Shown piece after piece: positions 1-10,663 of a stretch of 64,000 bases of DNA; within the stretch, counting starts at the first letter, position 1, and every line of letters begins with the position of its first letter. The notes beneath the pieces are model-generated. The model did not search any database and was not told the DNA's origin. It saw only the letters and a program-made list of their open reading frames with translations. Origin of the DNA: Spirochaetia bacterium (GTDB lineage Bacteria > Spirochaetota > Spirochaetia > DSM-2461); the NCBI GenBank assembly GCA_963668315.1, contig OY764216.1:4960001-5024000 (forward strand), read 5' to 3'. The translations under genes and the position numbers were made by a program.

Positions 1-712
1 TCAGATCTTCCATCTTCTGGCCCAGCTGGATGGCCGTATTCGTATCGGTATAGGAGTGCAGCTCGAGAATAATATCCATGTCTGGACCGCCCGCTTCTCT
101 CATGGCCGCCGTTCTCTCATAGGCGATATTGAGCATTCTGTCGGAAAGCACTCCCCTCATTTTCCAGTCGGGGTTGGTGGCCTCCCGCGCCCATTTCCCA
201 TCTTCGGTCACGCCCAGAGGGTCGACTTTAATAGCGGTAAACCCCTGTGCCATGGCCTTCTTCGTTGCCGCGGCATACTGTTCAGGCTCCGTGAGACAGA
301 CATGCTCCACATCCCAGTCGAACTGCAGCTGGCTGGCATAAGCTCTGATCCTTTCATTGGTCTTACCGCCCAGAAGCTCGTACACGGGTACGTTGAGGGC
401 TTTACCCTTGATGTCCCAGAGAGCCGTATCGATGGCGCTCATACCGGCGTTGATGACGGTTCCGCCGCCCATGCCCCAGAACGTTGTCCGGAAGAAATAC
501 TCCCAGATCGCCTCAATCTTCATGGGATCCATTCCCACGATAAGTTCGGCGAAATCCCGGGCGATTCCCACTCCGGCTTTATGGGCCTTTCCGTAGGATA
601 CTCCCACTTCTCCGAAACCGGAAATCCCTTCATCCGTATTAATCTTAACACAAATGACTTTTCCCATGACGTTATATTTCAGTTCATATACATCAACACT
701 TACAATTTTCAT
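1..712 (-). CDS. Mandelate racemase/muconate lactonizing (enolase superfamily) sugar-acid dehydratase, 3' end outside window
   Basis: Hand translation from ATG at 712: MKIVSVDVYELKYNVMGKVICVKINTDEGISGFGE...GMSAIDTALWDIKGKALNVPVYELLGGK; RBS AAGGA. Absent from the ORF track because it runs off the window. Confidence 0.9.
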   Translation of the reverse strand, partial: MKIVSVDVYELKYNVMGKVICVKINTDEGISGFGEVGVSYGKAHKAGVGIARDFAELIVGMDPMKIEAIWEYFFRTTFWGMGGGTVINAGMSAIDTALWDIKGKALNVPVYELLGGKTNERIRAYASQLQFDWDVEHVCLTEPEQYAAATKKAMAQGFTAIKVDPLGVTEDGKWAREATNPDWKMRGVLSDRMLNIAYERTAAMREAGGPDMDIILELHSYTDTNTAIQLGQKMEDL

Positions 713-817
713 TTCCTTCTCCTTGATCGATTTCCGGAAGGCAAATTTCGAGTGCATGTTCTGCTTTCGAGATTTGCTTTTTCTATTTAATTCAATCTAT
801 ATAATTATTTAACAGAA

Positions 818-1588
818 TCAATGCAGGTCGCAGTGAGTATTCATCTCCTCCGCCATTTCCTGCCAGTGGTCCATCCGTCTCTTCAGCTCCGCCTTGCTCT
901 CCTCATCGTCCCGGAACGCAATGGCAACCCAGTCCATTTCCTGAAGGGACTTCACAAGCTCATCAATCTTGTTGAAGGGAACGGCGATCTGCCTCAATCC
1001 CGGTTCATAGACTTGGCGCCTTTTCAGACCATGATAGAATCCGGTTGTTATATGGTTCACCTTGCCTGATATGACAGGGTAGGCATACATCCAGGCACAG
1101 CTGATGACCGGCGTAGATTTGGATTCCCAGAAATCGCCGGAAATATAACTGGTGGCGCGCATGATAATATCCGCTTTCTCCACATCGGCGAAGAACATAA
1201 CCAGATCGGGATCAAAATCGCAGTTTTCCCATTTGGAGAAAAGGACATGGTTCACAGTACCGGGGACAATAACGGGCATTTCCTGATAAAGTTTCCGGCA
1301 GGCCGCAGGGGTCTTGTACATGCCGAAGTCGAAACCGGCCTGCCCGTTGGCAGTCACGGGAGGTTTGGGAATCATGCCCAGGGACATTTTGCCGTAGCAG
1401 GCGTCGTTATCCATGCTGACATAGAACGGCTCATCCGAGGTCTGCGCTTCCTTGATGAACTGGCAGAAGGCCAGAGTCTTTTCGGATTTCCTTATCCCCT
1501 CCGGTTTAACGGGAAGGTACTTAAGAGCAACGGGAGGTATTTCCAGATTCAGTTTCTTGACGATTTCCTTGATTTCACTATTAGCCAT
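818..1588 (-). CDS. DUF169 family protein
   Basis: PVALKY, FCQ, ACYG, DPDLV and a C-terminal Cys-containing motif typical of DUF169; ATG at 1588 follows GGAGGG. Confidence 0.75.
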   Translation of the reverse strand: MANSEIKEIVKKLNLEIPPVALKYLPVKPEGIRKSEKTLAFCQFIKEAQTSDEPFYVSMDNDACYGKMSLGMIPKPPVTANGQAGFDFGMYKTPAACRKLYQEMPVIVPGTVNHVLFSKWENCDFDPDLVMFFADVEKADIIMRATSYISGDFWESKSTPVISCAWMYAYPVISGKVNHITTGFYHGLKRRQVYEPGLRQIAVPFNKIDELVKSLQEMDWVAIAFRDDEESKAELKRRMDHWQEMAEEMNTHCDLH

Positions 1589-1600
1589 CTTCAATCCCTC

Positions 1601-2875
1601 CTACAAGATCTTAACTAAGAATTCAGACATCCAGGGGCAGAACATAATCACAATGAGCAATACGCCCAATGTCAGAACGAAGGGCAGGGCCTTTCTTATG
1701 ATCTTGTCCATCGATAATCCTGTCATGGCCTGGGCGACAAAGATATTGGCGCATACCGGAGGCGTGACAAAGGCGAGAGCCAGAGCGACTGTCATGACAA
1801 TGCCGAAATGGAGTGAGCTCATACCGACTGAACTCACAACCGCCAGAAGAACGGGAGAGAAGATAACGATGGCCGGTGTCGTCTGGACAACCATTCCGAT
1901 GAGGAACAGAATGATAAAGACAAAGAAGTAGATAACCATGGGATTTGAGGTGATGCCCATAAAGAAAGAGGTTATGCCCGTGGTAACACCCAGATAGGCA
2001 AACACCGTACTCAAGGCGGCGGCGGGGGCTACGGTCAGCATCATCCCCCCCGAGAAGGTGGTCATTTTGTTGAACATATCCCAGAGATTTTTAAAACTGA
2101 CTTCCTTGTAGATAAAGACCCCTACAATAATTCCGTAAACGGTGGCGACGACAGCCGCTTCGGTGGGAGTGAATATACCGCCGTAGATACCGCCCAGGAT
2201 GATGATAGGCATGAGAAGAGCCAGTTTGGCGTCCCAGAAGGCGCTGAAAACTTCCTTGATGGAGAAGGAGTTCGTCCCCTTGATCTTATGCTTTTTACAG
2301 TAGAAATAGTTGACTATCATAAGGCCGAGAGCGATGACGATGGAAGGGATGATACCGGCGATGAAAAGATCTCCGATCGACTCGTTGTTCGTTACGCCGT
2401 AGATAACCATGGGGTAGCTGGGGGGAACGATGATGCCGAGGCCGCTGGCAACGGCCGTCAGGCCGGTGGCGTAATATTTATCATAACCGCCCTTTACCAT
2501 CTCGGGAATCATAATGATACCGATAGCCGCCACGGTAGCCACGGCCGAACCGGATACGGAGCCGAAGAACATACAGGCCAGGACGGTAACCATTCCCAGA
2601 CTTCCCGTCACGCCGCCGAAAAAGGAATTGGCCAGGCGGACCAGTCTCTTCGATATGCCCCCTATATCCATGATATTGCCGCAAATCATAAAGAAGGGCA
2701 GAGCGATCATGGTAAAGGAAGCCGTTCCCGAATAGAGGGTCTGTCCCAGGAATTCCGGTGATGTAAGGGGATTCATCAGGAGCAGGATGAAACAGGGGAA
2801 AATCAGACTGATTCCGATAGGAAGCCCGATAACGAAGAAAAGAATCATTAAAATGAACATAATGGCAACGGACAT
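1601..2875 (-). CDS. dctM: TRAP transporter large permease (DctM)
   Basis: Hydrophobic 424 aa; FGSVSGSAVA, IVPPS, GIFTPTEAA, TPPV motifs. Confidence 0.95.
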   Translation of the reverse strand: MSVAIMFILMILFFVIGLPIGISLIFPCFILLLMNPLTSPEFLGQTLYSGTASFTMIALPFFMICGNIMDIGGISKRLVRLANSFFGGVTGSLGMVTVLACMFFGSVSGSAVATVAAIGIIMIPEMVKGGYDKYYATGLTAVASGLGIIVPPSYPMVIYGVTNNESIGDLFIAGIIPSIVIALGLMIVNYFYCKKHKIKGTNSFSIKEVFSAFWDAKLALLMPIIILGGIYGGIFTPTEAAVVATVYGIIVGVFIYKEVSFKNLWDMFNKMTTFSGGMMLTVAPAAALSTVFAYLGVTTGITSFFMGITSNPMVIYFFVFIILFLIGMVVQTTPAIVIFSPVLLAVVSSVGMSSLHFGIVMTVALALAFVTPPVCANIFVAQAMTGLSMDKIIRKALPFVLTLGVLLIVIMFCPWMSEFLVKIL

Positions 2876-2876
2876 A

Positions 2877-3425
2877 CTACTTTTCCTCCCCTCTCATCCG
2901 CTCGATCTCTTCAAAATCGATAGCGGGCACACTGGCTCCCAGCTGCTTCTCCTCTTCATGGAGCAATTTATAGATGTCGATAACCAGTTTCACACTGGAG
3001 AATGTCAGCATCAGAGGAATAAAGACATAACTGAAAACTTTTGGGATGCCGAGAATGGCGGATTTTGAATTCCCCAGACTGGCCATGATATTGATAAAAG
3101 GGAAAACAATATACGTGTTGAATATGATAAAAATTACATCACTGATAATCAGAAGAACCTTTTTCACCTTGAAGGGTACAACATCCAGAAGAGCATCTAT
3201 TCTCAGATGCTTTCTGTAGGTTACCGCGCTGGATACGCCCAGATATGTCATGAGAACGAACAGAATGACAGACAGCTCTTCCGTCCAGGTAAGAGAATGC
3301 CTGAAGACATACCGGCTCACGACCTGCGTAAAGAGAAGCAGCATTATCACAATGAAGATAACGGCTCCCATATACATATCCAGGTCCCATAAAATTTGTT
3401 TAATACTTTTAGAACTTTTTCCCAC
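2877..3425 (-). CDS. dctQ: TRAP transporter small permease (DctQ)
   Basis: QVVSRYVF..SLTWTEEL, HLRID; four TM segments. Confidence 0.92.
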   Translation of the reverse strand: MGKSSKSIKQILWDLDMYMGAVIFIVIMLLLFTQVVSRYVFRHSLTWTEELSVILFVLMTYLGVSSAVTYRKHLRIDALLDVVPFKVKKVLLIISDVIFIIFNTYIVFPFINIMASLGNSKSAILGIPKVFSYVFIPLMLTFSSVKLVIDIYKLLHEEEKQLGASVPAIDFEEIERMRGEEK

Positions 3426-3495
3426 AAAGACCCTACCTTTAAACGCCTGCAGCAGAGCTGCAGACGATTGATTAATTCAATATTGCCGATCCGCC

Positions 3496-4554
3496 CTAGA
3501 TTCCCAGGGTATCCATGAGTTTGGTATAGCGAGCTTCACCCATGAGCTTCTCAGCCGCACCCCATGATGTGGATGCCAGGTCTCTGAACTGCTTCATCTC
3601 CTCTTTGGTGGGTTTGTATACGGTCATACCCACATCGGTCAGAATCTTGATATACTCTTCTTCGGCCGATTTAACAGCGGCAAGGGAGCTTTCCATACTG
3701 GCTTTGTCAGCCGCTACGACGGCAGCTTTCTGGTTTTCGGAAAGTCCGTCCCAGGCCTTCCGGCTCATAAACAGGAAAGTCGTGGTGTAGCTGTGATTCG
3801 TCATGGTGCAGTACTGGTTCACTTCATAGAATTTCTGAGAATTGATGGTGGAAAGGGGGTTCTCCTGACCGTCGACAAGATGCTGCTGAAGAGCGCCGTA
3901 CAGCTCGGAAATGGCAAGGGGAGCCGCGTTGGCGCCCAGTGCTTCCAGGGTGGCGATCTGAAGCTTATCGTTCATGGTTCTGATCTTGAGTCCCTTAAGA
4001 TCCGCGGGAGTCCTGATTTCCCTTTTTGAGTTCGTCATTTCCCTGAATCCGATATTGAGGAAAGCAAGGCCTTTTACCCCGCTCACATCACTTTCGAGCT
4101 GAGCTATCATGCTGTCGCTGATATCGCTGTGGAGGAGAGTGCCGACCTGATCGACATCTTCCAGAAGATAGGGAACATTCAACTCGGCGAAGGCATTGGT
4201 GAACTCGGCCCAGTTACCCGTGGCGAAACTGGCGACTTCGAAACCGCCTGTTTGAATTCCGTTAACGACCTGATCCGTCTTGGAGGCTATCTGTCCGTCG
4301 GGGAAAAGCATAATCTCGATAGTGCCGTTGGACTGCTCTTCGACCGTCTTGATCCATGTATTGATCCCTATCGCCATGGGCGTTTTATTTGCATCTATTT
4401 CATTTTTGGAAACAACCGTGGAATACCTTAATTTAACCTTCTTTTCTCCCGACTCGCTGGAAGAGGCGGCACCGCCCTCTTTTGAGCAACCGGCCAGGCT
4501 TATCAGACAGACGGCAGCTAAGGCCATAACAATTCTGGAAACTAATTTTTTCAT
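3496..4554 (-). CDS. dctP: TRAP substrate-binding lipoprotein (DctP)
   Basis: Lipobox LAGC; GFREMTN, DLKGLKIR, LVDGQENP. Confidence 0.95.
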   Translation of the reverse strand: MKKLVSRIVMALAAVCLISLAGCSKEGGAASSSESGEKKVKLRYSTVVSKNEIDANKTPMAIGINTWIKTVEEQSNGTIEIMLFPDGQIASKTDQVVNGIQTGGFEVASFATGNWAEFTNAFAELNVPYLLEDVDQVGTLLHSDISDSMIAQLESDVSGVKGLAFLNIGFREMTNSKREIRTPADLKGLKIRTMNDKLQIATLEALGANAAPLAISELYGALQQHLVDGQENPLSTINSQKFYEVNQYCTMTNHSYTTTFLFMSRKAWDGLSENQKAAVVAADKASMESSLAAVKSAEEEYIKILTDVGMTVYKPTKEEMKQFRDLASTSWGAAEKLMGEARYTKLMDTLGI

Positions 4555-4580
4555 TCAATCTTCTCCAATTTCCTATTTTT

Positions 4581-4745
4581 TTGTATACTTGTTATACAGG
4601 TAGACAATTTACATGTATAGTAAAACCGGTTTTTGGATATGTCAATAAAAATTTACCGATTTATACAAATTTACTTTTTTTGTGAAAAGCTATGATATAA
4701 TAGCTTTGGCGTGAAAATTTGAAAGATTGATATATTGTTATACAA
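4581..4745. promoter_or_regulatory. Divergent promoter region with repeated TTGTTATACA boxes (probable FadR/GntR operators)
   Basis: TTGTTATACA at about 4589-4598 and TTGTTATACAA at 4735-4745, between dctP and the GntR gene. Confidence 0.5.
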
Positions 4746-4773
4746 ATATGAAGAAAAAACTAAGGAGAGAGCT

Positions 4774-5478
4774 TTGCCCAAACTGACAAAAGACAGCCTG
4801 ACAGATAAAATATTCGATTATATCAAGAATCAGATATTATCGGGCGAATGGCCTGCCAATCATAAGATTCCCGGAGAAGTGGAACTTTCAGAAACTCTGG
4901 GAGTGAGCCGTATGTCACTGAGGATGGCCATACAGAAGTCCAATGTACTGGGCCTTACCGAGACCATGGTGGGAGACGGCACCTACGCCAGAGACTTCAG
5001 TATGCGGGCTTATTTCAAGGAGATCTTCAATTCACAGATCCTGGAACTCGGCTACAAAGAAATCAACGATTTCCGATCCATCCTGGAGATAGGCGGCATA
5101 AGGCTCTCCTTTGAAAAGGAAATACCCCGGGAATCCATAGCAGAAATTGAAAAAATATATTCAAAGATGGAAGAAGCCCTGAAAGCGGAGGATTATGAAA
5201 CTTTTAATAAATGCGACTTCGACTTCCACAGCTCGGTCTGCTCCTTATGTAATAATGAACTCATGACCATGCTCTATGACGCCATAAAATATTCCATTTC
5301 AAAGGTTACCGCCGAAAATGTGGAGAAATCAATAAAAAAAGAGGGCTCCTATGAACGGGTGCTGAATTATCACAGAAAGATTCTGGACGGCATTAACTCC
5401 AGAAACCTGGAGCAGTGTATCGAGGCCGAGATGGACTCGAGAAACCGTTCCAGCTATGACTATTACCGGGAGTCCTGA
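4774..5478 (+). CDS. GntR/FadR family transcriptional regulator
   Basis: N-terminal wHTH (KIPGEVELSETLGVSRMSLR) plus FCD domain (DFDFH); TTG start after AAGGAGAG. Confidence 0.92.
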   Translation: MPKLTKDSLTDKIFDYIKNQILSGEWPANHKIPGEVELSETLGVSRMSLRMAIQKSNVLGLTETMVGDGTYARDFSMRAYFKEIFNSQILELGYKEINDFRSILEIGGIRLSFEKEIPRESIAEIEKIYSKMEEALKAEDYETFNKCDFDFHSSVCSLCNNELMTMLYDAIKYSISKVTAENVEKSIKKEGSYERVLNYHRKILDGINSRNLEQCIEAEMDSRNRSSYDYYRES

Positions 5479-5550
5479 CAGACCCGGAAAGATCGGGAGA
5501 AGAAAACCTGACCGGTCCGTTCCTGATGGGGCGGACCGGAAAAGAGGGTT

Positions 5551-5931
5551 CTATTTTATCTTCCTGTCAATATCATTCATTTTCTTATCCAGCTGATTCA
5601 ACCGGAACTCAATGGAATTGAGAATCCAGAACTGAAAATGGCTGACCTTGTTGGCGTTATACATCATCCAGACGATCTTGACGGAAAGAAAAAGAAGACC
5701 GACTTCCAGCGAGACGAAGGGAGGCAGAAAATGGGTCGTTACTTCCAGGGTAAAAAAGACCAGAACAACGCAGAGAAACAGCATGTTGATCACGGCTTCC
5801 TTTCTATGGGAGCCCGTTCCCCCCAGAGCCCCTAATATATTTTTGATCCGCTCCTTCTCCTGCTTGAACTCTTCCAGTTCACGGATCAGTTCCTTTTCCA
5901 GATCGGTCTGAGGGGTTTGATTGTTTTCCAT
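5551..5931 (-). CDS. Conserved hypothetical membrane protein (coiled coil, 2 TM)
   Basis: ORF with RBS AAGGA; two hydrophobic helices and HFQFWILNSIEFRLN tail. Confidence 0.7.
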   Translation of the reverse strand: MENNQTPQTDLEKELIRELEEFKQEKERIKNILGALGGTGSHRKEAVINMLFLCVVLVFFTLEVTTHFLPPFVSLEVGLLFLSVKIVWMMYNANKVSHFQFWILNSIEFRLNQLDKKMNDIDRKIK

Positions 5932-6074
5932 AATGATTATTCCTTTTTTCCGCATACTATAAAATAGGCTTATGCCGAGTGTCCAGAGGCCTGTTTTTCC
6001 TTCCCGCCCTTTCTATCCCCGCCATAATAGGCTATGATCAATTTCATCATCACCCGGAAGGGACGGAGGCAGCT

Positions 6075-6893
6075 ATGAACGGCAGACGCGATTTTACCCG
6101 GATATGGGATTCACGGGAGTTCATGAACAGGATAAAGGAGTGGGACGTTCCCGGAGACAGGACAGCCCTCTGGCATCTGGGGCAGAACAGTTTCGTGGGG
6201 AAGAGCGGCGGCAGGATTTTCGCCATCGATCCCTACTTGACCGATTACTGCGGATCGGGCCGGACCGGCATTCCCGGTGAGAGATCCCGCTTTCTTCCCG
6301 TCATGATCGAGCCGGAAGATCTGGAAGCCGATCTGGTGCTCATCACCCACAGCCATGACGACCATGCCGATCCCTACACTCTGGAGAGGCTGGAAAAGAT
6401 ACGCCATACCGCCCGCTTCATCGTTCCCTGGCAGACCGTACCGGTCCTGACCGCAGCGGGGATCACACCGGAGAACATCAGCGTTATCCACCCGAAGGAA
6501 ACAATAGGCTGGGAAAACTGGTCGATCGAGGCGACATACTGCCTGCCCACGGACGGTACCGACCTGAATCATGTGGGCTTTCTCATTACCTTTGAGCAGG
6601 GTAATGTCCTCTACAATACGGGAGACACGGCCTATACCTCTCTGCTGGGATACCTTTCGGAGAGAAAAATAGATCTGATGACGGTCTGCATAAACGGAGG
6701 CTACCGCAACCTGAGCCATTTTGAAGCGGCTGCTCTGACGAAGGAGATCCATCCCGCACGGGTCGCCCCCTGCCATCATGACGTCATGCCCCATAACTGG
6801 CAGCCGGCGGAAGTGTTCCGCCACTCCCTGCGCGTGGTCAAGGCCGAATCGGAGTTCTTCGAAATTCCCTATTACGAACCCTGTCTTATCTGA
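6075..6893 (+). CDS. MBL-fold metallo-hydrolase (UlaG-like)
   Basis: LGQNSF, IDPYL, THSHDDHAD, TGDT, PCHHD; ATG at 6075 after GGAGG. Confidence 0.88.
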   Translation: MNGRRDFTRIWDSREFMNRIKEWDVPGDRTALWHLGQNSFVGKSGGRIFAIDPYLTDYCGSGRTGIPGERSRFLPVMIEPEDLEADLVLITHSHDDHADPYTLERLEKIRHTARFIVPWQTVPVLTAAGITPENISVIHPKETIGWENWSIEATYCLPTDGTDLNHVGFLITFEQGNVLYNTGDTAYTSLLGYLSERKIDLMTVCINGGYRNLSHFEAAALTKEIHPARVAPCHHDVMPHNWQPAEVFRHSLRVVKAESEFFEIPYYEPCLI

Positions 6894-6908
6894 TAGAGGA
6901 AAAGTCCG

Positions 6909-8540
6909 TTACTCGCCTTTCTTATCCAGATAGTAGGAGTAATCCCCCTCGAACACCCTCATGATTCCATGGTCGATCTCGAAGACGCGGTTGACCAGAT
7001 GCTTGAGAAAGTAGCGGTCATGGCTGACGATAATCAGGGTTCCCTCGAACTTCTGCAACGCCTCCAGGAGAACTTCCCGGCTGGCTATATCCAGATGGTT
7101 CGTCGGCTCATCCAGCATCAGGAAGTTGATGGGCCGGGCCAGAAGGGAGGCCAGCATGACCCGGCTCTTTTCCCCGCCCGAAAGGATTCCTATCTTTTTT
7201 TCCGTATCGTCACCGGAGAACTGAAAAGCCCCCAGGAGGTTCTTGATCGTCCCGATGGTCTCCATGGGCAATAGGGCGGAGATTTCCTCGAAAATGGTGC
7301 TTTCCATGTTCAGGGAGTCGCCGGAATACTGACTGAAGTAGCCCGGCTGAAGGCTGGCGCCCAGCTCGCTCATTCCTTCGGTCGGTTCCGTCATGCCGGC
7401 CAGAACTTTCAGCAGGGTGGATTTTCCCGCCCCGTTGATTCCGGTCAGGCCGATTTTATCCCCCCGCTGGACAACTCCCGTGATTCCGGAAAACACCGGA
7501 TGCACCCCGCCTGCGGGAAGGGGCCAGGTCTTGGCCAGATTTTCCATGCGGACGACCACATCGCCCGAACGCGGACAAGGGGGGAAGTTGAACTTCATGA
7601 CCTTCGGATCGGGGGGAACGACGATGCGCTCCATTTTCTCTATCATCTTGACCCGGGACTGGACCTGGGCGGCATGGGAGGCCCGTGCGGCGAAACGGGC
7701 GATAAACTCCTCTTCCTTGGCCAGCATGGCCTGCTGCCTCCGCTGGGCGGCAATGAGCTGCTCCCGGCGGATCTCCCGCTCCCGCAGGTAGAAATCGTAA
7801 TCCCCCGAATAGGTGGTGACCGCTTCTCCGGCCACTTCCACGGTCTTTTTACAGAGACGGGTCATAAATTCCCGGTCGTGGCTCGTCATCATCAGGGCGC
7901 CTTTGAAGGAGTTGAGCCACTCCTCCAGCCAGATGATCGATTCCATATCCAGGTGGTTCGTCGGCTCGTCCATAAGAAGGACATCGGGATTCAGGAGGAG
8001 AATCTGAGCCAGGGCGATACGCATTTTCCAGCCTCCGCTGAAATTCTCCACCCCTTCACTCTGGCGGGATTCACTAATACCCAGACCGTCGAGAATCGCC
8101 CGGGCGTTGCTCTCCAGCTCGTAGCCGTCCCGGTTCATGAACTCGGTCTGGACCTCGCCGTAGCGGTTCATGAACTCTTCCATAGCTTCGTCGTCCATTT
8201 CGGCCATCAGGTCCGGATCGGACATGGTATGCTCCATCTCCTCCATGATCCGGCTCAGTTCGTAAACACGGCCGGCGCCCTCGATGACCTGATGCAGGAC
8301 CGACTTTCCGGCCATCTCTCCCACGTCCTGGGAAAAATACCCCACCACCACGCCGGGATCGACGGAAACGGTGCCGTCATCGGGCTTATCTTCACCGGAA
8401 ATAATACGGAACAGAGTGGTCTTCCCGGAACCGTTGGGCCCGACCAGCCCTATTCTGTCGCCTCTCTGAATGAGAAGAGACGAGTCTTTATAAATAATGC
8501 GGTCGCCGAAAGCGACTCGGATGTTAGATAGATTTACCAT
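6909..8540 (-). CDS. ABC-F family ATP-binding protein
   Basis: Two ABC cassettes (GPNGSGKTT, GINGAGKST, DEPTNHLD twice), no TM domains. Confidence 0.95.
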   Translation of the reverse strand: MVNLSNIRVAFGDRIIYKDSSLLIQRGDRIGLVGPNGSGKTTLFRIISGEDKPDDGTVSVDPGVVVGYFSQDVGEMAGKSVLHQVIEGAGRVYELSRIMEEMEHTMSDPDLMAEMDDEAMEEFMNRYGEVQTEFMNRDGYELESNARAILDGLGISESRQSEGVENFSGGWKMRIALAQILLLNPDVLLMDEPTNHLDMESIIWLEEWLNSFKGALMMTSHDREFMTRLCKKTVEVAGEAVTTYSGDYDFYLREREIRREQLIAAQRRQQAMLAKEEEFIARFAARASHAAQVQSRVKMIEKMERIVVPPDPKVMKFNFPPCPRSGDVVVRMENLAKTWPLPAGGVHPVFSGITGVVQRGDKIGLTGINGAGKSTLLKVLAGMTEPTEGMSELGASLQPGYFSQYSGDSLNMESTIFEEISALLPMETIGTIKNLLGAFQFSGDDTEKKIGILSGGEKSRVMLASLLARPINFLMLDEPTNHLDIASREVLLEALQKFEGTLIIVSHDRYFLKHLVNRVFEIDHGIMRVFEGDYSYYLDKKGE

Positions 8541-8739
8541 AATTTGCTCTCCGACTTTATACTCGATTTCCTAAGCCCATGGCAAGGGTTGCATGGGGTG
8601 TTCGGCTATACCGGACGGCCGTATCCCCGATGCGGACATGACGGGCAACAGAACGGGGGCCATGACCTTCGGCCCCAGAAAAGTTCTGAGAGCGGCGGGG
8701 GCGAATAAGATCGTCCCCGCCGAGGCGGGGCTTTAATCC

Positions 8740-10527
8740 CTACCCTTCCGGATTCGCTGAGAAGATTTTTCTGATTCTATCCCGGTCGAACTTCTCCGAC
8801 CGGTCATAGAAGTAAATACCGTTGGTCTCCTGCTCCACGTCGGTCAGCTGGGTGTAGCAGTACCCCCGGATATGCCTCAGGGACAGAACCGCCTTCACCT
8901 GCTCCTCAAGCCTATGGTAAAACTCCTCTTCGGAAGTGACATCCTTGCCGTAACCCCAGGAGACCCAGCGGTTTTTCTTCTCCATATCCCCGTTATCATC
9001 AGTCTCCTTGCCCGCAGAGGGATCCCACTTTATTCCGCCGAACTCATCCAGGAGATAGGGCTGCCCCTTATACTCCGAATCCGCATCGGGGAAATTTCTG
9101 AAAGGCTTCCCCTCCCCGTCCGGAGAAAGGATCTCCTTCAGTTTTGCCGGATCCTGCTCGTACTGGTGAACAGTATAGAGATCGGTCACATAGTGAATAT
9201 AACCGCTGGCATCGTTTACCGGCCGGGAGGGATCCATAGAGCGGCACAGATCATAACAGGCGCGGTGGATGCGCTCATGATGCTCCCGGTTCACCACATC
9301 CCAGGTTTCATTGAAGGGAGTCCAGACAATAAGGGAAGGATGGTTCCTGTCCCGGGCGATCTCCTCTCTCAGCTCGGAAAGAAAATTCATATGGGTCAGG
9401 CCTTCCTGATTGTAATTACTTCCCCAGGAAGCCGTCTCCCCCCAGCAGAGATACCCCAGCCGGTCGGCCCAGTAATAAAACCGGGGCTCGAAAACCTTCT
9501 GATGCAGACGGGCTCCGTTGAAACCGGCTCCCTGGGAAAGAAGGATATCCTCCTTCAACGCTTCGTCGGAAGGTGCCGTCCAGATTCCCTCCGGATAGAA
9601 CCCCTGATCCAGCACAAGCCTCTGGTAGCAGGTTTCGCCGTTAAGAAGGAAGCGGTCCCCCTCGATCGAAACTTCCCTCATCCCGTGGTAGCTCTCGACG
9701 CGGTCAAGAATTTGTCCGTTCCCGTCCGTTACGGTAAGAATCAGATCGTAAAGAACCGGAGATTCGGGAGACCAGAGGGAGGGATTTTCCAGGGAAATGG
9801 GAATTGTCCGCCCGTTCACTCCTCGCCCGGAATACACGGCTTTCTCCTCCCCCTCCAGGGAGACACTTACCGATAATTTCTGACCGGGTGCGGAGGACCG
9901 GAAAAGGGGTGTCAGCAGAATGGAGCGGGATTCCAGGTCGGTATTCAGGATAAGGGAATCCAGCCCGCAGGGGGAAACCCCCTCCAGCCAGACGGTCTGC
10001 CAGATTCCCGTGGTTCTCGTATAAAAGCATTTGTGGGAATGGTAGATGGAAGACTGCTTTCCCGAAGGCTGTACCCCCTCCCAGAGGTTGGTTCTGACCG
10101 CCACGTTCAGTCTCTTTGTCTCTCCCGCCCGTATATGACCGGTCAGATCGATAGAAAAGGAGACACTTCCCCCCGTATGGCGTCCCACCAGCCGGCCGTC
10201 CAGATAAACGGCGCATTTGTAATAAACGGCTCCGAAATTCAGTAAAATATCCATTCCTTCCCAATCGGAGGGAATGGTAATATCCCGGCCGTAGGTCATG
10301 GCCGCCAGAAATTCCCGGTTCCCTATCCCGGAAAGGGAACTCTCCGGACAGAAGGGCACCGTGATGTGCCCGCTGTAGGAAACATCGGGTAATATTTCCG
10401 GGAATTCCCGATAATAACTCTGTCGGGAGCTCTCATGATCGAGTTTAACCTTCCATTCGCCGTTCAAATTGATCCATCTGTCCCTTCTGAACTGGGGACG
10501 GGGATACTCCGGTCTGGGAATACTCAT
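8740..10527 (-). CDS. Glycoside hydrolase family 2 (beta-galactosidase/glucuronidase-like)
   Basis: PRPEYPRPQF, LNGEW, GKQ, TGIWQTVWLE, LDQG, NHPS..W..FNE, YTQLTDVEQE. Confidence 0.92.
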   Translation of the reverse strand: MSIPRPEYPRPQFRRDRWINLNGEWKVKLDHESSRQSYYREFPEILPDVSYSGHITVPFCPESSLSGIGNREFLAAMTYGRDITIPSDWEGMDILLNFGAVYYKCAVYLDGRLVGRHTGGSVSFSIDLTGHIRAGETKRLNVAVRTNLWEGVQPSGKQSSIYHSHKCFYTRTTGIWQTVWLEGVSPCGLDSLILNTDLESRSILLTPLFRSSAPGQKLSVSVSLEGEEKAVYSGRGVNGRTIPISLENPSLWSPESPVLYDLILTVTDGNGQILDRVESYHGMREVSIEGDRFLLNGETCYQRLVLDQGFYPEGIWTAPSDEALKEDILLSQGAGFNGARLHQKVFEPRFYYWADRLGYLCWGETASWGSNYNQEGLTHMNFLSELREEIARDRNHPSLIVWTPFNETWDVVNREHHERIHRACYDLCRSMDPSRPVNDASGYIHYVTDLYTVHQYEQDPAKLKEILSPDGEGKPFRNFPDADSEYKGQPYLLDEFGGIKWDPSAGKETDDNGDMEKKNRWVSWGYGKDVTSEEEFYHRLEEQVKAVLSLRHIRGYCYTQLTDVEQETNGIYFYDRSEKFDRDRIRKIFSANPEG

Positions 10528-10663
10528 ATCTAACCTCTCTCTGTTTAATTCTGATAGACAGCATAATGCCATCCAGGGCGCCGCGAAATGGCTTGTCCTA
10601 TTGAATAAATATCCAATACTATCCTATTCTGTCTCTAAAACAGATTAAACAGGAGGCTGTTCC

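Noticed and set aside
6909..8540. ABC-F as an antibiotic-resistance factor
   Set aside because: Host-like composition and no mobile context; more likely a housekeeping translation factor.
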